Source of the DNA: Octopus bimaculoides
Taxonomy: Eukaryota
Assembly: GCF_001194135.2 (NCBI RefSeq)
Contig: NC_069008.1
Location: forward strand, 9,462,139-9,526,138
DNA: 64,000 nt
Reading direction: 5' to 3'
Shown here: positions 1 to 13,583 of the stretch, piece after piece
How the letters are laid out: each line of letters starts with the position of its first letter
How positions within the stretch are numbered: the first letter of the stretch is position 1
Translations under genes and position numbers: made by a program
Notes under the pieces: model-generated
Databases searched by the model: none
What the model was told of the DNA's origin: nothing
The model's input: only the letters and a program-made list of their open reading frames with translations

Positions 1-343
1 ATGGAAAAACTTTCAAAATACAAAGACCTGGAAATAGAGATAACTCGAATGTGGAATCTAAAAACAGAAACAATTCCTATCATAGTAGGTGCCTTAGGTA
101 TAATAAAAAAATATTCAGACAAATACATAACAAAAATACCAGGACTTACAAATATATATAACATACAGAAAATTGCACTACTGGGTACTGCACACATTCT
201 ACGCAAAACACTTTCAATACAGTAAACATAAGAGCACCACAGCAAACCACAGCACATACCCAAGGCGCACAGAGCTGCGCTCGGTAGTGAAGTGAAAGCA
301 CGTTATAAAAATAAAACTACTGAACAATAATAATAATAATAAT
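1..343 (+). mobile_element. 3' end of an R2-superfamily (R4/Dong-like) non-LTR retrotransposon: REL-endonuclease C-terminus, 3' UTR and (AAT)n tail
   Basis: The open ORF 1-225 (EKLSKYKDLEIEITRMW...IPIIVGALG...QKIALLGTAHILRKTL) matches the restriction-like endonuclease C-terminus of R4/Dong-type elements. A short UTR ends in AATAATAATAAT at about 325-343. The element runs off the left edge. Confidence 0.8.
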
Positions 344-427
344 GGCTACTCCCATCAATTTTGAAGTGAATATTTGAAGGAAAGAATTTAAAAAATATAT
401 AAGAAGGAAAAAGAAAAGAAGGTTCAT

Positions 428-870
428 CTATTTGCGATGGATATGTGAATATAATTTGAGTCCCAGTATGGATTTTTCTTTGAAGTCACAATGGAAACAA
501 TGATGATTTTGATTTTGCCTGGGGTTGGACAAATGTGTCTGTTGATTACAAGATAAAATCCTTTCATTGTGCTGTTTCTTCAACTCAAATTGTTTAGATG
601 CATCAGGATACATTTTACACTACTCAGATTGATCTCAGCAAAAACTTTCTCAAGATGTTACATAGGGATTTTAGTGATTGTTTCAACTAATCCTTATACT
701 TTAGCAGGAGTCTTCCTTTACTATTGATTCCCCCTACTTCATGGGCATACAAAAGAATTTTTAGACTACAATCATCTTGCATTTGAACATGTCCTGCCCA
801 TCTGCACTGAATTCTCAACAGCAGGCTTTTGACTACTGGAGATATCACATTTTGCAAAAATTTTAATAAT
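428..870 (-). mobile_element. Degenerate 3' fragment of an RTE-clade LINE ORF2
   Basis: The minus strand gives RIQCRWAGHVQMQDD..LKILLY..GGINSKGRLLLKYKD, then C-x2-C...SILGL..SH.HRK. This is the post-RT/C-terminal motif set of RTE elements, with stops and frameshifts. Confidence 0.65.
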
Positions 871-879
871 AATAATGAT

Positions 880-2800
880 GATTTCTTTTATTTGCCACTA
901 GGGTGAAGGAAGAGAGGGACGATGCAAAGACAAAGTATGATGTTTACACATAACAAAATGAGAAAAAAAAAATAGAAAGTACACATAGTATACAAAAAAA
1001 AAAAAACAGAAGAGAAGTATGCATAGTATAGAACAGTGAAAGAAAAGGGGGAAAAAGAGGATGATAGTGATTTGGTCCTTCTGATACAGGAGAATGTCTA
1101 GGGTTAATTGAAGAACCCTACTGTCCAAGATCTCCCTGAACACCAAGGGCAAGTGCCTTCTCCAATTCCTTTTCTCCAACTCACAGGTCTACTCTAGACT
1201 GGTACCATCCACTCTTGCTATTTACACAATTTTTACCCACCTTTCAATAAATTCACTCTCAGTTTCCTTTACAAGTAAAACTTGAAAACATTGATGGGGA
1301 CTCTACGAAAGAAGAATGTCTGTCCTCGTACCTTTCAGCCTCATCCACCAGACAACCTCTTTCACCACCAGGCAAAAGAAAACCGTGTTACCCACCTGAT
1401 TAAAGGAGGGCAGCAAGGCAATCATCACTAGGACTTGGCCAATAGACAGATCCGTCCCACACACAACAGCAGCTGTTCAGCATAACTCTACAAGTCAGCA
1501 ATGCCTGGACACTGAACGAGTGTATACAGAACGGTTTCATTGCTCGACATGCACCTCGGACAAGCCCAGTAGCACTGCTGGGCCAAGCACATCTGGTAGA
1601 CACCAACCAAAAAGTCCTCCAGAACAGACTAGCCAGTTTATTTTTGTCAATGCCAAGGATCTCTCTGAGGATGTTATCACATTTCCCCATCACTAATCTT
1701 CTTTCTATATATTGCTAAAGTGGAACATCCACTGGTAGAGGTCTGTGAATACCTGATGGCATTATATTTGCCAGGCACCCAGTCTTGGTCTATCCTTCAT
1801 GCAGGACTGCAGCACTGTGAAAGAGATGAGCTGTAGAAAGATGTGCCTCACAAACAGAGCCCACACACAATCACTATCCAGAAATCTTTGCAGATAGCAG
1901 AACCTGAGTACATGTCTGCACATCAGAAGCCATGGAATGCCCAAGCTGCCACGCAGAGGATGCTGGCAGCAGACTACCTGTGACCACTGGAATGCGTACC
2001 TTCCACAAGAAAATAAATAATAGACACTCCAGCCTGACCAAGCAGTAACTCGGGTAAGGTACAATAGTCCGGCAATAAATGCTGATGGAAGTGATGTAAG
2101 CATTCATCGCCTCTGCCCAACCTTTCATGGACAGCTTCCTCTCTGCCCATTTCTGGGTAAGACTGGCCACTCTGTTCATCACCTCACCCCAGTTTTTATC
2201 AACCTGGAGGTTGGGATTGAATCAGACTCCAAATAGTTTATTTCATCCATCAGTCCAGCATCTGACGATGCCATCTGATGGCATTGACCTGCCTCACCAA
2301 ATGCCAAGTCACAAACCCACTGATTTGTCGGTATTGATTTTGTCCCCTGCAACCAACTCATATTCCTTTAGAATGGTGCCAACTGTGTACGCCAACACTG
2401 CCCTCCCATGTCCCAGTTCAAAAGGGATGCTCCTCGACTGTTCCAACTTCTGCAGTAGTGACTTGAGGGCCAGTGCATACAGAAGAGGTGACAGTGAGCA
2501 GCTCTGATGGACTGAATGTGCAAAGCAAAATGGTCCCAATTGGACATCTCCCAAGTAGCAATGGTCAGTCCTACTGAATGCTTTGGACTAATCCAAACTG
2601 AACAGAGCTCCACTAGAGCCTGCTTTCATCTCAGCCCTCTCTACGATGTACCTCATAAAGTGGAGGTTGTCCTGGATAAATCTGTTCAAGACTGCACATA
2701 TTTGCGCTTCCCCATCCAGACTACCTTTACCAAAATCTTAAACTCTGTTGTTTAGCATAGTTATGGGCCAAAACTTTTCAAGCATATCCTCACTGTCAGT
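880..2800 (-). mobile_element. Degenerate L1/Tx1-clade LINE (RT to 3' end)
   Basis: Fragmentary ORFs QSCSLSPLLYALAL, AYTVGT/YADD-like, WAERKLSMKGWAEAMNAY, QHPLRGSLGIPW and WQCYQ-like region. The 3' end GTGGCAAATAAAAG plus (ATT)n at about 880 is shared with the copies at 4.1 kb and 28 kb. Confidence 0.8.
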
Positions 2801-2879
2801 GTCCTTCCTCAGCAGCATTACCACACCCAGGCTAACAACACTAGGGATTCTGGCTCAAATATAGACAGCAGTACAAACC

Positions 2880-4085
2880 TGTTTGTTATTGATTGTATAA
2901 AACACCAACATGGATGACAAAAGGAAAGACAATGCTGCTACAGAAGGACAAAAGAAATTTGAGGTAAGTCAGTAAATATAAAGATGTTATGTGCTAACCA
3001 TTTCTCCAGAAACTATTGACTGGCCTCATAGCTAATGAAGTATATAATCTTCTAGAAAAGGAGAATCTATTGCCAGAGGAGCAAAAGGTATACAGAAAGA
3101 AGTTAAAGGGAACTGCTGATCTGCTGTATATTGATAGTAGGATACAAAATGAGGAACAAATAAGAAAGAAGAAATTAGCTGTTGGTTCAACAGACGAAAA
3201 GGTTTACAACAATATTCCACACTGCCGGCTCTTGGAGTGAATGAGAAAACAAATAACTTTTTGGAAAAGCAATAAAAAACAAAGGAAGTAGGACCAACAG
3301 GCAGAAATGAATCATTGAGAAATGTGAAAATACACAGGGTGGTATTCCAAGAAGAATCACTCTCTCTATTACTGATTGTCACTGCATTAATCCCTCTTGA
3401 GAAGTATATTGAGAAAATCCAAGCCTACCAATGAAGGTGAAAATAGATTGCCTGCTTTATATGGATAACCTTGAACAAAATGTGAAAAAGACCTGGATTC
3501 TCTAATTCCAAGGATATTAGAATGCAGTTTGGGTTAAATAAGTGAGCAGTGTTAATTATGATGAGAGGTTAAAAGACAAACTCTGAGAGTATATAATTAC
3601 CACAAGGAAATATCATTAGATCACTGCAGAATGAGGGATGCTGCAAGACAATAGGATAATGGAAGGAGAAAATGACAAAGAAAATCTCCAAAGAATACAA
3701 GTGAAGGATTAGGAAGATACTCAAAACAAAATTAAATAAGCAATGTCGAAGCAAAAAAAAAAAAAGTTATGATTATAGAGGACTTTGCAGTACCATATGA
3801 TAATAAAGTGGATACAAAAGAAATTGAAAAAAATAGAGAAATGCCAGGACCTAGCCAGAGAGAGGAGATTGTGGAAGACTAATATGATAATTATTCCTGT
3901 GGTAATTGGTACACTTGGCACAAAACACAAAATACTATCTAAGCAGCTGAAAGGATACTGGAATTGAGAATTGTACAGTCAATCAGCAGAAAAGTGCCAT
4001 CCTATATTCTACAAGAATCCTAAAAAAATTGCTTGCTGTCACCAAATCTCAAGACAATTCCTGCTACCTCATACAATATCTAATG
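2880..4085 (+). mobile_element. Degenerate R4/Dong-like retrotransposon (RT and REL fragments)
   Basis: Fragments TGLIANEVYNLLEKENLLPEEQK.YRKK.KGTADLLYID, GVFQEESLS.LL and KKIEKCQDLARE.RLWKT...IPVVIGTLG, the last homologous to ORF 1-225. Confidence 0.7.
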
Positions 4086-4087
4086 GC

Positions 4088-4088
<1 letters not shown>

Positions 4089-4124
<36 letters not shown>

Positions 4125-5400
4125 TCTGGTTTTATTGGCCACAAGGGCTAACATAAATCAAAAACATGTAACGCCAAACACAGGACGAAAAGTACAAAGG
4201 GTTTTGCGAAAAAGAAAGGTCCATGTAAACATTAGAAAACTGCGAAAAATGTAAGTTAGAAAGAACTCCCAATAGGGGGAGGCACTTGGAAAGGTTACTC
4301 ATGGAAAAACTCATAAAAGCCATGGGAGCCTGGTCAAAAAGGGGTAGAGAGCCCCTTCTTTTATATTACCATTTTTTTACAAATGTAACCTCAGAATTGG
4401 TCCGTTCATACTAGCCATTTTACCAACATTCACCCACCTTTCAATAAATTTGCTACGAGACAGCACTTCCCTCTCTACTCCCATTTTCCTTTTCAAGTGG
4501 AACTTGAAAAAGGTGATGAGTCCTTGACCAAAGAAGAAAGTATCTGACTTTAGCCCTTTCAAATGGGTCCACCATACCACCTCTTTTGCTACAGCCACTA
4601 GACAAAGGAAAATTGACTTGCCCTCTCGGTTAAAGGAGGTCGGTGGGGCAATCTTCACTATGGATTCACGCGACAGTAGCTGTTAGACAAAAACCCACAG
4701 GTCAGCAATACTAGGGCACTGGACGAGTGCGTGCAGAATGGTTTCATCACTCTGAGCGCACCTTGGGCAGGCTTGGTAGAGTTTATCTCGAACAGGCAGC
4801 GACCCTTGGTAGCACTGCCAGGCGAGGGACCTTTGGAAGTTATCCATGGGCCCCAGCCTGAAAGTTCTTCCGAACAGAGTGTTTAGCTGATTATCATTGA
4901 TGCCTAGAGTTTCCCCAAGAATGTCGTCGCACTTTTCCTCTACTAACCCTCTATAGAACAGCGGTCGGGACAAGGGACAACAGTCAAACAGTAATAGATG
5001 ACGGATGCGATGTATGCATTCGCCACCTCCGCTCAACCTTTCAGGGACAGCTTCCTCTTGGCGCATTTCTGGGTGAGATTGGCCACCCTGCTCGTCACTT
5101 CATCCCAGTTTTTCTCTACTTGGAGGTCCAAACTGAACTAGACCCCAAGCACTTTAACAGAACAGTCTGTCCAGCACCCTACAATACTGTTGGATGGCAT
5201 GGACTTGCCCCTCCAGGTGCCCAGTTGCAAGCCCACCGACTTTTCCATGCTAATTTTTGCACCTGTCACCGCTTCGTATTTGTTTAGCGTCTCACCAATC
5301 AAGTCAATGTGCCTGTGGCTCGACACCATCCAGGCGACGTCATTGGCGTGTGCAGACACGCTCTTTCCACATCCCAGATCACAGGAGATGCACCTTCCAT
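4089..5400 (-). mobile_element. 5'-truncated L1/Tx1-clade LINE 3' fragment
   Basis: SAHANDVAW (YADD-like), GAKISMEKSVGLQLGTWRG, LAWQCYQGSLPVRDKL..ACPRCAQSDETILHALVQCP (CCHC region), followed by AATAAA and an (AAT)n tract. Confidence 0.85.
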
Positions 5401-5702
5401 CTTCCTGTGTTTAATGTTGAAAATTTCGTATATTATTGTTCTTCTGTTTGTCTCGTTTATTAGTGTCTGTGGAGTGTTAAGAAAGACACTGTTTCCATCC
5501 TTCCTTAACAACTCTTTTGCAGTTTTAATATCGTCCATTGTAACATTGATTTCTTCCAAGAGCAAGCACGTGTGAAAGATAGATAGATAGGTAGTGTTGT
5601 TACTATTATAACTAACAAGTTTTTAAAGATATATAGTCTTTTTTTTTGGGGGGGGGGGTTGCTTATGTGTTTCTGCATCTTTCAACATAAGGACTTGTTA
5701 AG

Positions 5703-6246
5703 GTTATCTCTACAGATTTTCTTTAGAAATTAGAACCAGCCTGATTTGTTACAACATTTCATATCCGAATATGTCTAGTGTAAACAATGCAATTGAAGAT
5801 GGAAAAATAGATAATGGGTGTATATGCATATTTCAGGAGTTCTTGCACCTTCTTCAGCACCACATCCAACCCATTAACCATTCACAAACTCATTGCTTAA
5901 ATAGCCTCTAAATATAGAAGTGTAACGCTATTGGATATACTAATTTTACACACTGAACACATTGCTGACAGCTGGTACATACATATTAATTACTTGTAGG
6001 AACGTGTTTAAAATGTAAAATTGGTGTATCCAATAGTGTTAGCGACTATTTAAGCAATGAGTTTGTGGATGGTTAATGGGCTGGATGTGTTGCTGAAGAA
6101 GGTGCAAAACCTTCTGAAATACGCATATACAACCATTATCTATTTTTCCATCTTTAATTACATTGTTTACATTAGACACATTCAAATATGAAATGCCATA
6201 ACGTCAGTGCTGGCTATAAATTCTATAGAAAATCTGTAGAGATAAC
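5703..6246. mobile_element. ~545-bp foldback/MITE-like element with long imperfect inverted arms
   Basis: GTTATCTCTACAGATTTTCT at 5703 is the reverse complement of AGAAAATCTGTAGAGATAAC ending at 6246. Arm similarity continues inward for about 230 bp. Confidence 0.85.
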
Positions 6247-6691
6247 TTTGCAAAGTGATTTAATAGCACTGCTAACACGGTAGGAAAAAGTATTGACTTA
6301 TAATGCATTCAATATACTTCATAGTATTTTATGGTTGCATAACAAAATACAGTGATCCTACAAGTAATCAGCATACAGAAAATGTAATACAGACTTCAAA
6401 AAAAGACTTTCACGTTGAAGAGAAGAAAAGGTTGTTGGTGAGAGAGAGAGAGAGAGAGAGAGAAGTGAAAGATAGATACAGAAGTATTGTTGTCACCATA
6501 TCAACTAACAAGCTTTGATTAAAAATGCAGGAATTTTAAGCGCAAGTTTGTCAACACAACAGAACACAAACTTCAAAAACAACTATATGTATATATGATA
6601 CACATAGTTATTTTTATTTTTGTATGTGTGTATGTTTCTGTATGTCTTTCAATGTATAGAGAAGGCAACACAGACTTCAACAAAATAAATA

Positions 6692-6850
6692 GGCGCAGGC
6701 ATGGCTGTGTGATAAGAAGCTTGCTTTCCAACTACATGGTTCTAGATTCTGTCCACTGTGTGGCACCTTCGGCAGTGTTTTCTCCTATAGCCTTGGGCTG
6801 ATGAAAGCCTTGTGAGTGGAATTGGTAGATGAAAACTGAAAGAAACCCAT
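6692..6850 (+). mobile_element. tRNA-derived SINE (head and core); related copies at ~20990-21135 (-), ~21690-21850 (-) and ~47620-47780 (+)
   Basis: GGCGCAGGCATGGCTGTGTGATAAGAAGC...GGTTCTAGATTCTGTCC is a degraded A/B-box tRNA-like head. The shared body AAGCCTTGTGAGTGGA recurs at the other loci. Confidence 0.65.
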
Positions 6851-8049
6851 TGTGTGTATATATATATATATATATATATNNNNNNNNNNNNNNNNNNNNN
6901 NNNNNNNNNNNNNNNNNNNNNNNNNNNNNNNNNNNNNNNNNNNNNNNNNNNNNNNNNNNNNNNNNNNNNNNNNNNNNNNNNNNNNNNNNNNNNNNNNNNN
7001 NNNNNNNNNNNNNNNNNNNNNNNNNNNNNNNNNNNNNNNNNNNNNNNNNNNNNNNNNNNNNNNNNNNNNNNNNNNNNNNNNNNNNNNNNNTATATATATA
7101 TATATATTCTTTTCCTCTTTTACTTGTTTCAGTCATTTGACTGTGGCCATGCAGGAGCACTACCTTAAAGGGTTTTAGTCAAAGAAATTCACCCCGTCTC
7201 TTTTGCCGAGCTGCTAAGTTACAGGAACATAAACAAACCAGCATCGGTTGTTAAGCAATGGCAGTGATACAAACACAGACACACACACATAACACAAACA
7301 CAGACACACACAAATACTCCTAAAATTCTGCGAGTGCTTGCTGGTCTGTCATTTAATGCAGCCAAATTGGAGCATAGTGGGAAATACTCTAAAAGTAAAT
7401 TACCCCTGAAATGTGAATTCAAACGAAATAAAACAAATCGGACAATGGGTTTCCAAGATGTGTTCTCTTTGGGGTTTGTTTCTACAAATTGAAGCAGTAA
7501 AACCTGGAGTTATTGCTCTTTACTGTGAACTCTGGATAGTTTTTTGTTGGCCTAACCACAGATATGTACCCTTCCGACTTTGTTGCCTCATAACCTCCTG
7601 AAAAATGGATACTTTTTAACAAAATTTTCAACAAATACCGCTTACATACTGTACATTCAGGGTATATAGGAATTTATGGAAAAGAATTTTTCTGAGGATG
7701 TGGGGAGAGGAGTTTCGGAAAATTCACATAATCCGACTTTTTTCCCCTCATAACTTTCAGGAAATTGAATTTCTTTTAATGAAATTTTATACAAACGGCA
7801 TAGATTACAACTATAAAGAAATTTGTAGGGAAAATTTATTCCAAGGGGGTGAGGAGAGGAACAATGTGGAAATTACCTGTACTGGCCATGCCATATGAAA
7901 CACATTATATATAGTTTCAGTAATAATAGCCAAATTATTGTTATGTATAGCCAACCTGAGCATATAAGGTGAAAGGTTTGCCATGTAATTATATTTTTTG
8001 GGGGTGGATTTGGGTTTTTTACTGGCAACATAGATGAGCATTGCAGAGT

Positions 8050-9230
8050 TACCTGCTGAGCAGCATGACAACTTCATTCTCAAGAACAGCGAACACAAAT
8101 TCTGACAAAAGATGCTGAACAGTATAAGGACAGCAAGACAATACTCTCAAGAACAGTGTGAAGGTATTTTAGAAAATAATGCTGCACAACATCATGATGC
8201 ACATCAGCGACATTCATATGAAGAAAGACAACAATTCAGAAATAATCGTCAAAACAGACACAGAAGGATATTAAATATAGCAAGACAGCATGACATTGAT
8301 ACCATGATGAAAGTTCATGTCAAAGTAACCCATCATAGCTGTAACATAATGAACTGCAATGCACTGTTGCTTATGGCACAGTACACTAGAGGTGCCTTCG
8401 CTTACCTAGATTTTAGTATTTGCTGCAAAGCTGGTTTAATTTGCATTCCTGAAATACCAGATTTACCTGAGGAATTATATCAGCTGTTTATACTTAATTT
8501 ACGTGAAGCAAAATATCTAAAGAGAAACATTCAGAGGTTTAACAGCACCATGGCCAAATGTAGCATGAAAGCAAATCATGTTAAAGTTGCTCAAGGTCTT
8601 TCTACCCATAAAATTCATGGCATGGTTTGCAGCTTTTTTGAAGTCCCATGAAATAATGCTGTAAACAACCCATCTTGCTTGCAGACATACTTCTATAACT
8701 CAAAAGAGCAGATGCAGAGGTAGTTTCTGATGGTGTTATCTTATGAAAGCTTCATTTTGCTAGGATTTAAGCAGATAACACTTATTTACAATTGTTGAGA
8801 GAGCAGTGCTAGCCATTTCTTGAGTTCTTCTTTAACCCTCTGACACAGACCTACCATTCACTCTATGAAGATTACAACTCCCCATCAGACCTGCTTTTGT
8901 TGTGACAATAAATAAGAGTCAAGAACAAAGTTTAGAGAGATGTGGATTGTATCTAGTGCTCATACACAGACAATTTTATGTTGCTAACAGAAGAGTGGAG
9001 GACCTTGAAAACCAGCACGTACACACAGACCAAACTGAATTCAAAAGCTCAGCCAAGAAGAGACAAGATGATGGAAAATAACCTTATAAGGAATGTTGTT
9101 TACCATGAAGTTATCTTATGAGATATTCTTCAATGGAAAAAAAAGTATTTAAAGTTTTCAAACTGTTACTAATGTTCACCAAGAAAGTCAATCTAAACAT
9201 TATTTGGACAATTTATGAAGGTACCTGTAT
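8050..9230 (+). mobile_element. Degenerate Helitron Rep/Hel N-terminal fragment
   Basis: ORF 8112-8651 contains SICCKAGLICIPEIPDLPEEL..LF....AK...NIQRFNS.MA..SM.AN....G...KIHG.V, the CC..G.V.LP / NIR.YNS / IHGQV pattern of Helitron proteins. It is followed by a stop- and frameshift-disrupted continuation. Confidence 0.7.
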
Positions 9231-9919
9231 GACTTAGAAATATTTTTATCCAGCAGCATAGTGATTTGATACTTCTTTTATTGACCCTAAAAGGGTATTG
9301 AACTAGTAAGTTAGAAAATAAATGAAACAAAGATTGTTTTAGAGAGATAATTCATAAAAAAAAATAAATAAATAAAAACAATCCAAAAACACATTATTTT
9401 TATGAAAATGGTGAAAGCTAATTTTTTAAAAAAGAATTTTTTATTAAATGATGTTAAAGGCACCTTATCTTGTAAAACCCCAGAGATTTTCCACAGAACC
9501 ACCCAATAAATTAATGTAACTCACACTACACATAGTGGTGGTGGTGGCGGTGATGGTGGTGTAACAGTCAGTTTTGGAATTGAACCAAATTGCTGATATA
9601 ATCCATCAGTAGGAATTAATTCTTGATAGGACAAAGGTGGGAAAAGAACTTTGGGATGGACTGAGATTTGAACTCAGAATGTACAGAAGTGAAACAGACA
9701 CTGCTAGGCATTCTGTCCAACACTTTAACAGTTCCCTCAATCCACCATTTTTGATTTGGTACTTCTTTTATTGACCCTAAAAGGATGAAAGGCAAAGTTG
9801 ACCTTGATATGATTTGAAAATGAAAAGATGATGAGAAGCTGAGGTAGTGTGAAAGGTTTTAATATATTTACATGAACAGGGAAGAAGCCCTTGGAAATCC
9901 CAGTTAGCTTATTTGTTTT

Positions 9920-9924
9920 TCAAA

Positions 9925-9960
<36 letters not shown>

Positions 9961-10330
9961 AGGAAGGAAGGAAGGAAGGAAGGAAGGAAGGAAGGAAGGA
10001 AGAAGGATAGGCATGCAGGCAGGTAGATAGGTAGGTAAATAGATATGTAGATAAGTAGGTAGATAGACAGGTAGGTAGGTAGGTAGGAAGGTAAATAGTA
10101 TGGAGAGACATGCACATACACAAAAGGAGACAGAAACCCACAACCATACACACACACTGAAGCATACTTGGAGCACACAGGCACACAGACACACACATAC
10201 ACCATGCATACACATGCACACACATCACATATATGCACATACATATATCTACAAGGCATACACAAACCATGCATACACACACAGGCATGTAAGGCACACA
10301 TGCATACACAACAGATGCGGTTACAAACAG
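9920..10330. repeat. Compound microsatellite (AAAG)n(AAGG)n(AGGT/AGAT)n followed by CA-rich low-complexity sequence
   Basis: Directly visible tandem tetranucleotide arrays. They explain the low-complexity ORFs at 9904-10477. Confidence 0.95.
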
Positions 10331-11005
10331 CGAAGAAAAACTTTGATAGTAAAAAACAAAAAAAAAAAAAANNNNNNNNNNAAAAAAAAAAAAAAAAAAA
10401 AACAAACAACTGGCTGTTTAACCAAGTTAAACAAAGAATCAATTAGTTGGACATTTAACCAATTGACTAATGAATAATAAAGAAGTGGAATTGAACCAGT
10501 AAGTGTGTTATTAATATTGGTATAATGACTCTCCTTAGACACAACAAAATAATAACAAGAGCACTCAGAGAGCACAAACCTCCGCTAAGGCAACACCAAC
10601 GCCCTCTCAGTGATTAGCCAGAGATGATTTTTAAAATGAGAATATCTGAAATAAACTCAGATGCTCTCAAAAATTAAGTAAAAAAGACAGAAAAATAATC
10701 CAGAATCCTTGTCTGGTACCTGATCGATCCCAATGGTAGTCAAGGAATGTGAAGGTGACTGTAGAAAATTTAGTAACTGTAATAAATAGTTTATCCTTAT
10801 CTAATACAAGTCAAAGTTAACAAATTCACCATTCAAAATAGTTTCAAAGGCGGAGGTAATAATAATAAGTTTTACTCAGGAATTTTTACTCAGGAATAAC
10901 ATAAGACAGTTTGGTTTTCTCTTCTCTTACATTCCAGCCTTCCTGTTGCTTTAGATCAATGTAAGTATACTGTAAAGTGTTAATATGCATGTTTAATATA
11001 TAATA

Positions 11006-12135
11006 TACTAGCAGTATAGCCCAGCGCTGCTCGGGATTAAGCTAGGATTATTAAGTGATCAAGTGCTTTATTTCAAACCAAAATAAGTAACAAAGACATC
11101 AGATTTGAGCGAAATCCGTTGAAATTGGTTTGGCTGAAAATGGTTTGCTGGCAATTTGATTGGGAAATCCCATAAGGAATCAGTTTATTGGTTATTTCCA
11201 CTCATTGACTGTTTTTTTAAATGTTGCATTAGAGATCTGCATAGGAGAAGGTTGATCTGAAGGTTTGCATTGGGGATCTGGATTGGAGTAACTTAGGAAA
11301 ACTTACCAACAGCCTTAACCAAAAAATAAGGGGCATGTCCCTTCTAGGTTAACTCTAACCCTAAACCCTAACCCTAACACCAACCCTAATCCTAATCCTA
11401 ACCCTAACACTAACCTTAACCCTAACCCTAACCCTAACCCTAAAACCCTAACCGTAACATCCTAGTGGAAATCGTGCAGGTGTTAATGTGAAAAATTACC
11501 AAACCCNNNNNNNNNNTTCGCTCCCAAAGTAGTATATGTGCGCGTGTGTGAGAGTGAGAGGGGGGGAGAAAGATGAACGATTTAAAATAAATAAATGATT
11601 TTAAATAAATATATTTTAATTGTTGTGTGAGAAAGTATATATAATCTCATTATAGAATATAGTGTCTTTCAAAAACATCTTATATTTTAAACTATATTTC
11701 ATGTTTAAGAAAAAAAAATGCATTTTATATTTTACACTTACTCTGTCTTCCTTACCTACATTTTCTTTCGTAATATGCTTTGTTTCCCTCTTCCAGACGC
11801 TGGCAAAGTAAACTCTGTCTTGGTTAAAAAAAAATGCTTTGCTTTCTGTCTCCCTTTCCCACTTTTTCATTTTTTTTTTGTTGGACACTAGCAAACACTC
11901 TGTATCTCCCCCCTGTCACAAACACACTATTTCTGTCTGTCTGTCTCTCTCTCCCCTTCACGCACGTACACACAGATTTGACTTCGCCATGAAAGAAAAA
12001 GTTGACGAAAATGCAGATAGGGTCATGACAAATGTCCTCCTAAAATTGGAGCAACATGCGTGCTAATTTGTGGACGTGCATAAAGTATAATCATGTACAC
12101 ACACACACACACACATCCTGCCTTATATATATATG
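11006..12135 (+). mobile_element. Non-autonomous rolling-circle-type (Helitron/Helentron-associated, HINE/DINE-like) element carrying an internal (CCCTAA)n tract
   Basis: Starts TACTAGCAGTATAGCCCAGCGCTGCTCGGG and ends ...(CA)n-TCCTGCCTTATATATAT. An internal degenerate CCCTAA array lies at about 11352-11455. The class assignment rests on terminal motif resemblance only. Confidence 0.5.
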
Positions 12136-12889
12136 CATATATTACAAAAATACAAAAATACATTAGTGTTATTTAATTTCTGAACAGTTTTGCTGCCATT
12201 TGTTTAGGTAGTTTGATTTCTTTATCTATTAGTTTCTACTAAGATAGAGACGCAAGTAAAATTGATAATAGAGAAATGAAAATAAAGCTTTGGAATCAGC
12301 AATGCCACCATAACTTACATGGAAACCGTAAGATCGTAATACTTCATGTAAAGTAAAGTAAATATAACAAATAATCCAGAATCCTTGACTGGTACTGCAA
12401 CAATCCCCAAATCTAATCAGTTCGTGTCCGTTACAAGGCCAAACACCCTGTTTTTTTTTTTTCTGTAGCTATTATGTATTTGGATTACCCATCTCTACCA
12501 CTAAGTAACAAATACTTTCAACAACTTCCAAGCATTTGGAAAAAAGTCATAGATTTATAAAGAGGAGACATGGTCTCAGCTGGAAATCTTAATCCTCAGT
12601 GCCCTGGCCTGAAATTGACCTGGGGAAAAAAACAATCACAATAGCAATGGCTTCTGATTTAGGCTCAAGGCAAACAAATTCGAAGGGAGGAGATTATTTA
12701 ATACCAATGATCTTGACAGGTGCTTTATTTTATCGATCCTGAAAGAATAAAAGGGCAAGTTGATGTTGGCAGGATTTGAACTGAGAATATGAAGAGCTTG
12801 ATAATATACCACAAAGCAATTTTCTGACTCTCTAACAATAATAATAATAATCATTATTATTATTATTATTATTATTATTGTTATTATGT

Positions 12890-13539
12890 AAGGCAGCAAG
12901 CAGGCAGAATCGTTAGCACACTGGGTAACATGTTTAGCAGCATTTTGTCCATCCTTATGTTCTAAATTCAAATGCCACCAAGGTTGACTTTGCCTTTCAT
13001 CCTTTAGGGAGTCGATGAAATAAGTACCTGTTGTGCACTGGGGTTGATGTAAGTAACTAGCCCCTCCCCCAAAATTGCAGGCCTTGTGTCGATAGTTGAA
13101 AAATTATTATTATTATTATTACTGTTATGTAAGGTGGCAAGCTGTCAGAATCGTTAGCACACTGGGCAAAATGTTTAGTGGCATTTTGTCTGTACTTACG
13201 TTCTAAGTTCAAATACCACTGAGGTTAGCTTTACCTTTCATCCTTTCGAGGTTGATAAAATAAGTTCCAGTTGTGTACTGGGGGTCAATGTAATTGACTC
13301 AACCTCTCCCCCAAAATTTCAGGCCTTGTGCCTATAGTAGAAAGGATTATCATTATTATTATTATTAAAGTAGTAAGTTGGCAAAATTGTTAGCACTCTG
13401 GGTAAAATACTGAAATACTGAGCAGCATTTTATCCATCTTTATGTACTGAATTCAAATTTCGCTGGTCAACTTCGCCTTTTACCTTTCAAGGTCAATGAA
13501 TTAAGTACTAATTGGGCACTGGGGTCAATTATTAGGAAG

Positions 13540-13583
<44 letters not shown>

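Noticed and set aside
5299-5565. Minus-strand ORF tested as the missing centrin exon 4
   Set aside because: It has no EF-hand or RDP.EE/LFDDD similarity. No exon 4/5 candidate was found anywhere in 1-13968.
9904-10477. Several 100-180 aa ORFs
   Set aside because: They are translations of microsatellites (PSFL, PTYL, CV repeats) with no coding signature.
11352-11455. Chromosome end or true telomere
   Set aside because: The array is short, degenerate, internal and flanked by repeat sequence inside a gene intron.
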